64,000 bases of DNA from Balanoglossus misakiensis (GCA_040954595.2 CM082579.2:6375625-6439624), one strand, 5' to 3'; shown: positions 13,440 through 28,800, counted from the stretch's first letter. Translations and numbers: made by a program. The notes: a model not told the origin generated them from the letters alone.

Positions 13440-16400
13440 GGCTCAATATGACGTAATCAAACTTTTGCGCATGCGTCTTGGTTGTGTCACGATGAAGGTA
13501 CATATCCAATAAACTTTCCACATTGGAAATTCAAATTGAAGTCTTTTTAACCCTGTACCGGGAGCTAAACCACGAATTCAGGTCGAGCAGAGAGTGGAAA
13601 ACGTGTCACGTGGTGATATATGCAACTGTGCCTGGCCTCACCATTCTCGCAGCCATGTTCATGAGTGTTCGAGATCCATAACCCCAATTCAATTGAGACC
13701 AGTTGGAGGGGAAGGGGAATTAGGGCAGGGAGACTGTCCTCTGGGGTGGATATGTATTAACCACTGCTCATGCAGTCTTGCTTGGACAGAATGTCGAAAC
13801 GTTAACTTTGTTGGCGGCGTTTGGTATATGAATCACTGCGGTGAAATGAGGATTTATTTTGTCACTTTCGTCGGAAATGACTATTGAGATGAAGGTTGTG
13901 ACACTGATTACAAAAAATGTATTTTAATGACAATTTTTACAGATAGTCTGTAGACGCTATCGTCAGCGTGGCGTCATAGTGGCTGTCTAATTTCAATTTT
14001 CAGTCACAGCAATTTTCTTTCCCAAAACTAATTTATTCGGACATTCCTACAAGGGACTAAAATATTGCCTTTTAGCAACGCTTTCTGAAAGAAAATCCCA
14101 TGCTTAGAGATTAAGTCGGCAATCCTATTCGGAAACAAATATATTTTAATACGCTATCTCCAGAGAAATATGTTTTCAAAACACGTATTACGTTGATAGG
14201 TCAATCAGATTCTGTAATATAACAGGGAAGAGTCAATTCTATACAAACTTGCAAAATTGATTGCATTTCTCCTATTTATTCTGTCATTAATCTATCTGGT
14301 TGAGCGTAACTCCAAGAAAATATAATTTCATGAGAAGACTGCCGCATAATAACTACGAGCTGGACTTGATTATAATTCTGACGGTATGACGAAATATAAT
14401 AGAACTCAGAAATGAATTGTGACCTCGGATTTTATTTTTTTTATTTTTGCTCGTAAATGGAAATAAGGCACGGGAACCTAGTTGTACTACGGTGTCAGGT
14501 GGTAATTCTCCGAGACTTGGTATTAGGATCCAATCGCTCATTACAAGTGCATCCGCGCACTTCATTATCGGGATAAGATCTAATTGTACACAAGTTCTAA
14601 CGATTGTTAAAGGCAGAGAGAGTGTTACATTTATTTGTAGAGGGTAAATTCAATTGTGTATTTCCACTCAATTGAACACCATCTCGATGTCCACGCCGCG
14701 TGTATAAGCAGATCGTTGTTTGTATGAGGTAGGCAATAATGCTAAGTTGCGTTACGTAAGTGGCACGATTGAATTTGCAGCCGGTAAGCATTTTGCTCCT
14801 AACGAAATTTAAAAAAGGGTATCCCAACAGCGGGGTTGTCTATTGAGCAATGGAGCGTATACCTGCACTGTAACAGTATGTATTTTCAGTATTCAAATTA
14901 TCTCAATCGAAAATATACATGTAGCATGCATGCATAGACTTCAACAGGAAGTCGTCCGCAAGCTGATTTATCTACCATACACGTAATGCTCATCATGAGC
15001 TGATATTTTTGCTGAAATGTGTTCGAACTTCAGATATCATGGACTCTTTTTTCACTTTAAAACATACGGCTTTTGTAACGTTTCCCCAGCTACGTTCGTG
15101 ATGTATGTCGGGCATACGGGAAATCAGGGCCATAAATTACACTGTTAACATATATTGTGCCAATGAAATATTACGTGACCCGCGGGACATGCGGAATTCA
15201 GGAAGCAATTTTCTGACAAATGGAGGGAAAACACTCAAACAGGGCAGTTTTGAGACCATGTGGTGCATGCGAAGAACATACCAACGAGTATATAATTTAG
15301 ATAGACAACGGGTTCTGGTATTTAAGTAGTCAATGTGTATGTGCTTTACACACAAATACGCGCCGTGGAAATATCGTACGGATAACGATTCGACAAGTTT
15401 GAAAACGAGACACTGCGATGGAGCCAGGGGGGAATCGTGAAAATTCTCCGTGAAATGCACGGCTCGGGAGAGATATATACCTGGTGAAATAATTACAGTG
15501 CACCGGTAATCTACAAAGAACCGAACCAGGGGCGATCATGATAATAAACATTAACGCAGTCGTCAATTATTGACGTGATTGGCTAGGCTATGAATTTAAT
15601 TATGAATTATTTCCTTCGACTTGTCGTAACAGATGTAGAATGACGTGCTCGTTATCATCGATGTCGTACATGGACATTAATTATATACTGTCCGCAATTT
15701 CTCTCGGAGACAATTCCCCGGAGGGTTACAACTTCGCCAGAGGTTGACCGGAAATTCGACGCACAGATCATACTTAAGAAGAGTTGGGAGCGATAAAATA
15801 ATCGCGAGTTATTAAAAATTCAATTTCACCTCTGCTGCCCCCAAAATGACATGAGTCGAATTACAAGGGGGTCACGGTGGTAACTTCATCGGGGGTTCAA
15901 GTTAATTTACCATAATGATAAAATATCAGAATTCCCAAGATAGCATTTCGTTCTGCGCGTTTCTTTAAAGTGCGGAGACGCCAGGTTTTTCAATTCTGTG
16001 ATATGGCATGACATGTCACGCTTTAAGGTATTTGAGATATTAGATGAATAATTTAAAAGATGCGAAAGCTCTTTTAAATTTGGAAAGGGCATTTACCGCG
16101 TAAAAAGGGCGAACCTTGGAAGTTTGTTTCGGAAGAAGTGGCGCGCCGTTGCGCACGGCACTCAAGCGCACTCCATTTGCTTTCTTGGCACACTTGTGCT
16201 GGCCACTTCAATTTCGTAATCGCTTTAAACGCTGTTCAGTGTTCTAAATCCTCCACGGGGAAGGGTGCGGGGAATGTCAAATTCACCGACGAGGTCACGT
16301 GACAGCGCCTCAATGCGCTGAGATGGAACCGGCTAAGCCAATTGCCCTGTTCTTTAAAAGCAAATGGCTAAACGGTATTAAAACCGGCCCTGCCTCGGTT

Positions 16401-18862
16401 GACCCCAGCTGTACACCAGGCGGATAATTGATTAAACTCTATGCCATTTCGCACGATTTGAAACAAATGCATAAAACTAAAAGACAGGGGGTCATTAACG
16501 CGGGTTATTTAATGAGGCCACCGCAAAATTATCTTGTACCGATTGAGATAGAATGGTTGTCTTCTGAGTAAATAGCGACGGTTTTACACAACGGTAAATC
16601 TTACAGATGTACGTGGTTAATGATTCTTTGTGAGATTTTCAAAGGTAGAAAGACTTGCGTTTTAATCACGGTTGGTTGGTTAGATGTCCGCGATTCAGCA
16701 ATTAGCTTCATTGTCTTCGTGGTACGTGTGTAGGCACGTACCAGCACGGATGTATATATAGGCCTACCTACGATATGAGCCGCACGAAGAGAAAATGGCG
16801 ATCGGAGTCATGCGCACTGCGGGGTGCACCGTATCACGTGCATTAACATCTTGAAAGTGACAGCTCACAACGGGCGGAATTCATAACGAAACGTCGACGA
16901 CGACGACTTCACTACCGCCGCGACAAACACAAGAGAGACTGATAGAGGCTATATAATTCTGCTCGGTTACAAACCGCAGACGGCGAGTCGTATGCATGTA
17001 TCATCATCAGACAATCGAGCTTTGCGCGCTGCAGTATAGGCGGCGAGGTGGATAGTGACAAACAAGGTGAATGTTTGGCGACTTGGTGGTACACGACTGG
17101 CCGCGTGTTTTCCTCGCCGAATAACACTTGTACAAATGCATGTGTAAATTGACCGTATGTGCGAATAGGCCCAATTTCTGTTTGTATTCTGTTCGTCCCA
17201 GTGAAAGTAAAACATGTATATACCCGAACTCCTTTGATTCGTGCGCGCACAACACCTCTGTCGGCCGAAATGCATCACACAATCAGTTATTTAGATATTC
17301 CTCACGGTGCAAAGTACAAATTTTAATCAAGAATTCGGGTTTAACCAGCTGTCCTGATCATTGGCGCCGACCGTTTCGGTGACAGAGTGTAATTTACCTA
17401 AAACGTGATCTCGGGTGAACTCAGGCGGCGTGATTACAGGGGAATGCAAACTATCGGAGAATCCTGAAGTTCGTTTGATATTGCAGCACTTTTATACACC
17501 GAGAGCAAGCATCTGCATTTTATACACGGAGAGTTTTCGTCCAACGTGACGCCCAACGCCAAATATCCGTAAATGTCTCGATTCTCAGCGAACACTTTAA
17601 ATGACAATTATTATACATGTACATTTTCTAAGTCTATACGTGGTGCCGTTCTGCTTTCATCCGAGCGCCTCCAGGAAATTGGACTAGTTTGTCTTTGTCC
17701 AGAATATCAAATCGTGAAGAGCAAAGAAATTGGACTGTTTGATCTTCGTTAAGAATCTCAAGAACTTTTCCCCGCCGGAAACTCAGCGCTATGTATACCG
17801 TGGGACTGCGGTAAAAAATCGCGCGGAGAATTTTTGATCCGTAGCTTTGGACCGACCCATCCGTGCAAAGGTATTTTAATTTTACACAAGCGGCGTCAAA
17901 ACTTATTTTAATTGATTCGTAAGGGACCATAGTCAACGAGGTGTGTTCTCGTTGCGCTATATCGCACACGGGGGTCGGTCACGTATGTAATACGTGCCAC
18001 TGATCTTTTCAAATGTGCGTACATATACGCGCGCAGCCGAGGTCATGTTACTCTAGAAAGTGGTTGTGCCCCCCCCCTCCCTTTAAAACTCTCTCACACA
18101 AATAATTCATACGATTTTTAAAGTATGAAAGTGGCAACTGATAGAATATCGGTGCGGATTAACCTCAAAAGAGAAAAGTGCTACTCGTCTATCGGCAATA
18201 TTTAAGGGATATTGGCTGTTTATTAAAGATGCATGATCGATAAAGTTGAGGGTGTCGCCGTGTCATTTGACTGCGGATTTCTGGATTTTACCGTGCAAGT
18301 GTTAACCAAATCTGTATTAAAGTATAGGGGTCACCGTGATGGTTTTAAGAATTATAAAGCCGTGAATTGAACCAATAAGCCTTAATGAAAAGACAGCAGA
18401 ATCGGCATTTTTTTCATTGATTGGTTTTCTAAGGGCAAATGATTCGCCGAAGGTCACCTCAAAACTCGGCAAGGTTGACCATGCGATTTTATCCAATCAC
18501 CGAATTCAATTTCTTTTGATTGAGCGATGGGCATGGTTTCATGAAAATTCCAATAACAGAAGTGGATTTTGCTAGCGATGTATTCCTGCGGGACGGAGCA
18601 AATTCAATGTTCTCATAGTGCGCGAAATGTCATCCTTAAGTGATACATCATCTGCTGCTCCGCTCTGCATTTCGGAGACGAACCACTAGAGAATCTAACC
18701 CTAATGCTTGGATTAAATCGCACAGCAATAAGATTTCGATATTGCATCGTTTCAACAGACAGCATACAAACGTGTAAACATTCAATTTTCTGTTTTTGTT
18801 CCATTATATCATTGTCGCTCATGACCTGAAATTGGCATCACTACCATCCCACCCCTACCACG

Positions 18863-18930
18863 TTATTTATTTATTTATAATTTTTATTTATTTATTTGTT
18901 TAATTTTATGTATTTACTATTTATTTATTT
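18863..18930. repeat. Imperfect (TTTA)n low-complexity tract
   Basis: Visible tandem units. Confidence 0.85.
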
Positions 18931-21900
18931 TTAGCTTTTTTTTCTCTTTTACTCTACGTTTTGTTGCTCAGACACACGCAAGAATTGCTGTCATTACTTC
19001 ATTAACCAAAACTCAGAAGAAATTACATTTTTGGAGGGAAGACACACAGTACTTAACGCCCAAAAGACGTGATGATCGGCAACCGGTGCGTGCTTTGTGT
19101 GCGTGTGACCCAAATCAATATTCTGTGTGTCAAATTCGCTTCACTTTCCTGCCAATTCAAGCCTAGGATTAACTTCGGCACTGCCTCCAAATAGCCGAAC
19201 ACGTCGTCGCTGAGCTTCCCTGCCAACGATCACAACAACAACCGCGTCGAGTGCGCGTTTTCCACATGGCCGATTCTTCATCATCTAGTCCCGTAGCCTC
19301 ACCTATAGCCTCATCCCCGATGATTTCAGCTACATGATCGACACGTACTAATTTGCAACTCATTTAGCGAGATTTCAATTGGAAATAAAAGGGAGTATTA
19401 GGCGACTTTGTTCCGCACCGAGCCGGAGGTGCGTGCCCGTGTTGTACAATTGCCGCCGCGGTGGCTGTCGCTCACGTTGACAGGATGGACTGACATCCAA
19501 ACGGCTCGGATTTTAGTAGAACGTCGCACTTCTATTACAATCTTCCCGCAGCACCTGAGACGCGGTTCTATCACTCGATAATGAGTCTCGTATGAGACGC
19601 AGCGTCCCCGTTGGGGAAAACAAGTTCCGAAAAGGCATGACTGTATATTTTTATACCACTGTAATATTGAAATGTTTCCGGAAGTGTCAAAACTGTTCTC
19701 TTTTGAATGTATCAACTTCGGCTTCTTGTTCTATTCTGGATAGTTATTTTTAGGCCCTTAATATTAGTCACTAGTTTATTTGTGAACATGGCATACTGAC
19801 GAAGAGTTAAATTAATTAGCCATTGTTTGTATTCATCGTCAGATTTCGGAAGAAATACGCATTTTATAGGACGCCTCGTTTTAACCAAGAGATGCACCGT
19901 GGCACTGCGCCAAGGTGAAACGTTATACGTGACGTGTCTCATGTCTACACCCTAATCCTCCTACAGTCTATACGACCTCGTACTAACAGAATGATCCCTT
20001 CAGACAAGGTGATGAATTAATTAAATCTTCCTTTTTTGCTTTTTGTGAAAAAAGCGCTATCAAACGGTGAGAGGTCGACAATCGGGCTGGGATTACCGGC
20101 TCACCTTCGTTGATTAGCACCGACTGCGTCCTATTTACCTCTAATTAACGTAAAACAATTGGACATCGTTAACGCTCACGCGACCTGCATTGAAAAGAGG
20201 AGCCAGGCGCGGCTCGGTCAGATGTTGTGTGCATTTAATTTAACAAGATCGCGATCTTTGATAAAAACCCATTCCATGGACGTCAGCTAGGCTAGATGGT
20301 TACATGCATCTATGCCATTCGAGAATGTTCCTATACACGGCAATTTCTGTTGCTGATGAATCGACTACACATGAGGAAGGCGGTGTTACGGCCCGGTGAC
20401 CTTTAAATGCGACTTTTGACCAAAAATAAACTCAGCCGTCGCTAGCTATATAGCTGCCTTCGTCGAATTGCGCGTTTCGTGGATTTGGTTACAGCAAGAT
20501 GTGGTTTAGTTTCGTGGGTGTTGTTATTTTATTTCAGTTCGCTACACTATGTGATATTATGCGAAAAACATGTTATAGTATTAAAATCATTCTTGTATAA
20601 TTGGGGTATTAAAGAAGGGATCATGGTGCGTTATGGCCAATTTCACTAATTCAATGCAGACAGTGGTGGACGCTATATACGAATGGCACATTACAGTTGT
20701 CAAGGTTTACATAGAGAAAAGTCATAAACCCGATAAACGCTGGAATTTACTTGATAACACAAAAAACGTCATCAGGCTGACTTTTTTTCGGGAGTAAGAA
20801 AATGGCGCGAGTTCTTCAGCCGTATAATAATTGAACACTGCGCTGTGCGCATCAACAGGTGTGCCGGCGTCGTGACGCCCAGTCGTGAAGGAAAACAACA
20901 ATGTCGAGTCTCTGGCATTGAAAATTCATCAAGTATCGAAGAGGTACAGCACAACTAGCGTCTACGAAAAAAGAAAGAGTAACACGACAAAGCAATCTCG
21001 AAGTCTGCGGCTTGTCAAGACCAACACAACACGTAGCCAATACAGGAGGAATATGTCTTGGTTAGTTTAAATGGCTATTATCAAAAGTAAACAAATCAAT
21101 TTTTTTTGTAAACTGAAATTTATGTTCATCCATGTCTCCCTTTATAGAAAGCGGGCTAACCCATGACCTAATTACACGAATTCGGATGTAAGCACTTAGT
21201 AATACCCTGTGCACGATTACTGACTCCCTGTGCGAGCTTAAGCTACATCGTGGCGAGTCGATCCGCGCATGTGTCTCCTTATTACATCAGACAAATGGCC
21301 CTTGCGGGCATGCAATCACATTTTCCGCCATAGAAATGGCGTCTGTGATAACCTAATGGTGGTCTTGTCATAGAGCTCAACCTGGAGCCAATTAACTAAC
21401 AGGTAAGCAAAGGAATAACCTTTGTGTGTTGCTTCTTGCTAAACAAGATCAGCCCGAGACCACCTCGGAAGGCTAGCATATGCGTCGGCTTCACGCGGCA
21501 AACGCTATCTAGACCGCAGTATCATCCGTGTTGTTGAGATAATACACCCAGCGAAAGCTTTGAACCATAAAGAGTCGCTAGCAGATAGATATTACCCTGG
21601 GCAGAGTCAAATAGGCCGACGTGATGAACGGCAGGGCCTAAGATGGTAAGAGGGTGTTTGATCTTTCCAAACTGTCACGATATACGTGTACATCATTAAA
21701 AGAAAGCGGTCGATGACGATGGCAACTGTTATCAGATGTCTTACTCTTACAACTATAGCCTGATTGTCATCATTTTTCCTCAAATCAACCGCGTGGCATG
21801 TTCCTTTCACACACACATTGCCTGTAATACGATTATGAAAATTGCCTGTGCACCTGGCCGGGTAATTGGTCTGAAACCTGAAACCATTGCATTTGCAGAC

Positions 21901-24900
21901 TGTAGTGTATGATTGACGTCCACAAAAGGAGTCGGATCATTACGGGAAGTTGGACTTGTTTGGCGTTGAAGTCAAATGATGTGTCCATAAGCCCTGACAT
22001 ACAAGAGAGGGTGTCGGCAATAATCCCGTAACTGGGAGCCGTGTCAAAAGCACCCCATATGGGACATCGCTGAATAAAGGGTCCTTTGTAGAAAAAAAAC
22101 GCCTAACCGTGTATACGGGGGATTTCTCGCTTTTTTTCAAAATGCAATCAAATTGGAGGTTAGACTTAAGACGACACCGAGATCCATCCTTCACTGTCTA
22201 TCACACCTCAATCGTGACTCTGACATTACCACTATACGCCACTCTGGCCTACTACACCCACTCCCATAATACTTTCCTTATTTCGCGGGGATGCGCGGCC
22301 GTCAACTCTTAAGCCTATACTCACAAGACAGAAACAAAGCTGACGTCAATTTTGCTTAGTACCAGCAGCGGCAGAGACAACAATCCGGGCCCGACGGGTT
22401 AGCGCGTTAAGCCGCAGAGGGGCTTGCTGCAGAAAAAAAACACACACGCCGCATTAATGATTTTTCTCTCGCGTGTGGTAGCGTCATCCACTAATTGCAA
22501 AGTCCCCTCTGCGTTAACATAAGACTGATTGAATGTCCTCGAGAGGTAGCTTGCCTCGCTTTAATATAATCCAATTCGATTTCCTCGCTCCTTGTCGGCA
22601 AACTTTACTTCCAGAGTATAAACAGAGTCGAAAATTAATAAAGCCGTCAGTTGCCATGGCGACAGTGAGAGATGCTAGAGGCAGGCACTTGTACGCCTTC
22701 CCAAGCCGCACCTCTTTCGAACGCTTCAAAGACGGCAGCCCATTGACATTTGTGGAGATGAAAACGTGTGCAGGTACACCTATTTCAGTCGTTTTAAGAG
22801 CAAAATAATGCATGGCCAGCTCCGCAAGCGATCAACCAGCCAGCATAATATTACAACTGATATAAAAGTTGTCTGGCATTTTCCACCGACAGATCTATCG
22901 AGGGTGTGTCGTGAAAAAAACTGCCTCTCCAGAACTGCGGAACCATTAACACCGATACATTTTGCAATGTCTAAATGTAGAAGGTGATTAGTCAATGGCG
23001 TCAGCACCTCGTCACGTGTATTTATGTATAACATAGACACATACATAGATACATAGATACATGTACAAATAATATACTGTTATGGCTAACATACTACATC
23101 AGGGAAAGTTAATTTTCTTGAATAAAAGAACATATTATGTAAGTTTATTCATTTTCTCTCGTGTTTTTGTTGTTGTTGTAATTTTCAAAATGAGTTAGGC
23201 CTGGCGACGAGATATCCAGTGCTCCAAGCGCGCGTAACCTAACACTCAAAGACTCCCGGATTAAGTTTAGCTTTTGATTCTCTCTCTAAACAAATGAGCC
23301 ATTGCAAATCTATTTCTATAGTTCTCTCTCTGGTTGATCAATACAGTTCAACTCGTCTCCCGTGTCATATGGACAGACTCTGAGGTGAAAGGATGTGAAG
23401 ATAATGAGCGTGGCATGCCATTAGGTTAATAAATGACGTTATCAAAGCAACGTGTGCGAGAAAATAAAACAGCACTCCCAATGTAATTCCATTTGTAATT
23501 CTTCCTGAAATTCATGTAGTTTCCAGTACGGCACACACACGCGTTTCCGTATACAAGTATGCACAAATTGACAAAAGCTAAAATAATCATACTTTTTTGT
23601 CAGATTTTCTTCTAATACGGCTCTCGATCGACCACGATAATTATTATAAAGTGCCTTTCATTTTTCTTTCGCCTTTCAGTTTGCAGAATAGCGATTTCAT
23701 ACATCGGTGGAAGCAATCAGCATCTGGCAGCAATTACTCAGCAGAAAATTGAGAGTGGTTGTGTGTTTCTGTGTCGCGGAGCGCCGGGCAACAAGCCAGT
23801 AAGTCACGCAGCTTCTTGTGGTCGTGACTTTTCCAGGAAATTTCGAGTGCCTTGCGCGAGGGGGACATTTCCCTCTCGTGAACCGTGGCTGATTTTCCAA
23901 CTGTCAGTTTCCTGAAATGTATTGACTCACTTTATGTCCACATGCAGCGCAGATATTATTTTTTTACGAACAAGAATGTTGGTCTTGTGTTTGTTATGCG
24001 CTTTGTGGTTTGAGTTTACTTGGTTTTGCTTTTTGCATTAACACAATCGTACTATTTCACAACAATCAATATTAATATTAATGTTAATATTAATATTGTT
24101 AAGACTAATCACTGCAAAATGATACCCAAAAGGAGTCATCATGCATTTGCAAACGAAAATTAGACAAATTAATTAACAAATAAACACTCAAGTCAGATCT
24201 TTCTCAATTTCGCTTGAAAAGATCAATCCTTTGGTAATTGTGTGGAAGAAAGCGAAAAGTACTCCCTCATTATCGGAATAATATGACCGACTACGCTTTG
24301 CAGGTTAATAAGCCCCTAATCTGCGAGTTCTTAAACAAATATGTATTTTATACGACCGTAACGTGATTATTTATGTGACAGGCGTAGTTTTTGAATTGCC
24401 TGAGCGTATTCCCCCGATACTTCCCCCTAATCTCGGCATTTCACACCTTTCCAGTAATTCCTGTTAAGAAGCTTGGCGATCGCTTTTATTTTCAATGTTA
24501 CCGACGTCAAGAAAAGTTGCAAAGCAATAATGATTTGATAGAACTCTTGCGTCAAGGCAGGCTCAATGCAATTTTCAGCTTCAGCTCGTACATACGAAAT
24601 TCTACTTTTTAATTTTTGATCGATTAACGCCGGCCGGATTCTGAATAAGCCCGGCGAATGCCTGGATGTGGACACATCCATTGTAGGTACATCTTTCACT
24701 TGCACGTACGAGCAAACGACTTTGACGTATGATTTTGAAAGTACACGCATCAGCGCAATGAGAAACAATGTTCACACGCTGAATTTCGCGCACAAACCAC
24801 GGACAGTACACGCAAACGGGATTTCGCGTAAAAAAACGGTTCCTTTGCGGTAATAGACAGACAAAGCTGATGGTCAGACGATATACCCGAGACGTCTGGT

Positions 24901-25858
24901 CCCCCATCACGTTCTCAGTTCTTTACATTGACAGGTGAGATGTATGGCAAACGCCGGCCGATTCGCCATTTTCGCGAAAAAGTCACGTTTTGATCGATTC
25001 GCGGGCGCAGCTCTAATGGATTGAACGATTTGCCGCAAACCAGTAGTCGGCCGCGGAGAAAGCGCTATGAATATATCTCTCTCTCTCTTTCTCGCTGTGA
25101 GTGCCGTTTAGCAGATAACGAAAATGACATATCTACTTACCGTAAGAAAAAAGATATCTAGACGGGAGCTTCGCGGTGATCTCCACGCAGACGTTTTAAC
25201 CAGTTCGTGTCGGAGTGAAACCGCAAACCGATCTGGAGTAGGGCGGCGATTAACGGGTAAAACGCAGCGAACGTGCTTGCCTTGATCTCGATATCTCAGA
25301 AAGCGTGCGATGAGGTCATCCTGGTGAGAAAGAAGAAGTGATCAAAATGGTTGTGTTAGATCGCCGTGTGTTTAAAGATGTTGCTACTGGCAACGTCTCT
25401 ATCGACAGAAAGAGCGAGAGAGGGAGAGTGTGCGAGAATTGGATCAACCGTCTTGGAAACGCCCACGCAGACGAGAACTTAGAGTGAGACATGCACAGAG
25501 GCAGATTACCAACGGGGCTGGCGTAAGTTTCCTTTGAGCGCGTAATACATATTACTTTTTAAGGCATACGGAAGAAATCGAACCCAGCTTTCCAGAAATT
25601 GAATGATCACTCGCATTGCTTCAGACCGCAATTTAATATTTGCTGTGCTGTGGGGAGTGGTAGACATAGAAATCTGTTAAGTAACTGGAAAGGGCCAGTG
25701 TTCGATTCGTGATCACCCAAAGCCATTAAAACCTGTCTCCCCGTTCATAAATCAATGAAAGTCACACATTGGGGATTCAAATCAATACGCTAAAAACATT
25801 ATCGAGTCTAGGTGCAGAGTATTTTGTACATGCAAAATATACGTAGATGTATCTACAT

Positions 25859-25897
25859 TCATACATACATACATACATACGTACGTACATACGTACA
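25859..25897. repeat. (TACA/TACG)n microsatellite
   Basis: catacatacatacatacatacgtacgtacatacgtacat. Confidence 0.85.
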
Positions 25898-28800
25898 TGT
25901 ATACTCCGCGTGGTCAAACATAACCAATATCAGTCCTCACAACAGATATGATTTCTGTTGAAATTGATAAAAATTAAATTTGACACAGTCATGAAAACTT
26001 ACACACGGAAAATTAGTTTTTCGCAACTTGTGTTAAAGGGGGGGGGAGTACATATACATACGCAAAGAAGACATGTAAATCTGATGTTTACTGAAGACGT
26101 TTCGTGAAATGCAAGGTCTGGAGTAGATTTCAATTATTTCTGAAATATGACATCGTTAACAGAAAACACCAACGCAGCCGTTTGAAGTATCGCACTGAAC
26201 TGCTCAAAAGTGTCTTCTTATTATTCAAGACACAAGTATTTCCAGTTTTATATTGATCTGTTTCCCGAAATAAATTCAATCAATGCAAATTTCAACCCGG
26301 TTGACACTAATGGGAAGGGCACCGCTGTAATTATCGCCATAGGATAGGCGTATCATGTAAAGCTGCGCGACTTGTCTTGGTTGCGTGGAGGACACGGGAT
26401 AAGCGGGTAATGTTGTTTTTCCTAAATTGAAATTATTCCCCGGGGTGGCGCGTCTGGGGAAAAGCCCCAAAGCCAACCTCGTTTACAACAATCCTATCAC
26501 CGCGGGGGTCATCCGGGGTCGGATGGTCGACCTTGATGATGCCATGGCACAAACAGGTGACGTCATAGTCACCTACTTCTTTTCAGGTCTGTTGAAAGAA
26601 CTGGAGAAAAGTCTCTTTTTTTATGAATTTCCATTTTGCCACGACCTTGGCACAATTTTATGAACAGAAATACTAAGGGTATAACCTCCGAAAGCCAAAG
26701 CTGGTTAATTTACACCGGCATAGGCCCAGCACCGGTGCTACACCGCCGTAAACTGTCAGGTCTGTTCAATACACCCTCTATAAATGCTGCCGGTGTTGTC
26801 GACATCTGTCAGCGAAGACTCCCCAGAAGAGATACGATGTGCTCAAACAGAATCAAGGCGGCGTGTAGAGCTTCGGGGCGTAATCAAGCGAAAAGCACCG
26901 GGTCAGCAGGTTGACCGAGGGAGAGGTAAGAGCTGTCGACTAATCGGTGACAGGGCAGAAGGCTTTTAAGTCTCGGCACTCTGAAGAAGATGCCGTCAGA
27001 TATATACACCGACTGCCGGTTTTTTTACAAGATTCTCGACACATCCTCTGATGTGTGGCTTACAAACCCACTCGAGACCTAAAACCACTGTCATTCCAGG
27101 AGAACGAGTGTGCGGAAAACATAGGGGGGATCAATAAACAAACGTCGACACGTAGACGCCGCATTTCCACACTCTCCTCCAAGTGAATTGAAAGTATAAT
27201 GCTCCCGGATGGATAACAAGTAAACCGTGACCCTTTTTTCTACTTTCGTTATTTTTCCATTTTTACACGAATTTCCTGATTGGGAAAATTAATTTTGGAC
27301 AGCGGTCCGCACACATGTCCATTCGCCACACACACAGGTTATTTTTGTTTCGGCGTCTTCATCTACAAGGCACATTCTGTACATATTCAGATTCATTCGT
27401 TTCACGTCTTTGAGAGGCGGGGGATTACTCGCCAGGCGATTTTACATGATCCTGTCTTTGCGGTTCTCCAGCACGTCTTTCCAGGAAAGCCACAAATGAA
27501 ATGATGCGACTTATTCCATTCTGGACAGCGATCCAATATGTTTCTATATTACCTACACGCCTTTGAAGCTGTAAGATTTTAACCGACGGAAATGAGACAC
27601 TAATTCAATGACAAACAACGGCATGCACAGTGCTAGGAATACGTTATCTCAGGGTTCATTCTGATTTGAATGACCGTAGATTCCCCGGTGAATATAGGAG
27701 AGGAGTGCGGCGTCGCATTAAATGTTCGATAAAATTAGAGAAGTAAACTAAACTTCGAAATTGATACCACGGAACTTCATATAGCAGTCATTAAAATGGA
27801 ACTTCGCCATGGGAGAATCTCCTTCTTTATCTATCATTTTACCAGCTTTTATAAACGACAAAAACTGACGCCAACGCATACGATTTGTGGCTTAAATTAA
27901 TTTCCTCTTCGATACGGCTCATGTGAGTGGTTCGGCCCTCTCGCAGGCTATCTACCCCAAGAGACCATTTATCTGAATCAAAATGTTTACAACAATTTTC
28001 TGAGGTGGACGTTGATGAAAGATTCACAAGTCACAAGTCGTTTCGCGTAATGCGTTGATAGAATTGAGTAATTACTGCCGATGCATTTGGGGGTCGCACA
28101 CAAATACGAAAATGGCCTTTATGTCGTTGATGTGACAGTGACCCGCTGTCACGTCAGTCCACGGACACACAATCATAATTGTTCATCGTGAAGTAATGGC
28201 AAATTGCTCTCGCTGGGACAAATTAGGTAATGCTGCGTTTAGGTATACATTTCGAAACTTGTTGAAATAATGAGCTGACGAACGCCGGAGCACATCTTAT
28301 GATGGGAGCGCGCGAAGAACACTTTAGTGCTAAGGCAAAGTGATGTCTCACTTACGTAGCGAATGCAAATGGGGACGGATCTCTGAATATTTAATGCTCC
28401 GTAAATAATAAAGACGTTGTCTTCTTCGGCGTTTCCCAACGACATGTGCTATAAATATTGCACTGAATTGAATTGAATTCTCAGTTCAACGATTTGGCCC
28501 CACTTAAATGTACACATAAGACCGTTACGTACTATTTCCTCTTCAAGCGCCGCGTTGTAAAGTCTGCGGCGGATTGATACATTCACTTATTGTCTCGCAG
28601 TCGACACTTTACGGAAGAAAATAACAATTACGTACAGCAGGTGTGAAGTTGATGGATGCATCAAAACGGTTATTACATTTATTGCAGTTAATCGCTTTAA
28701 AAAGTTATTGAATTCCCAAGTACTATGATGCCTAGACTAAATGAATACAGTCATGATATCGTTTGCTTTCTATGCAAATGATTGACAACAAACTATGAAG

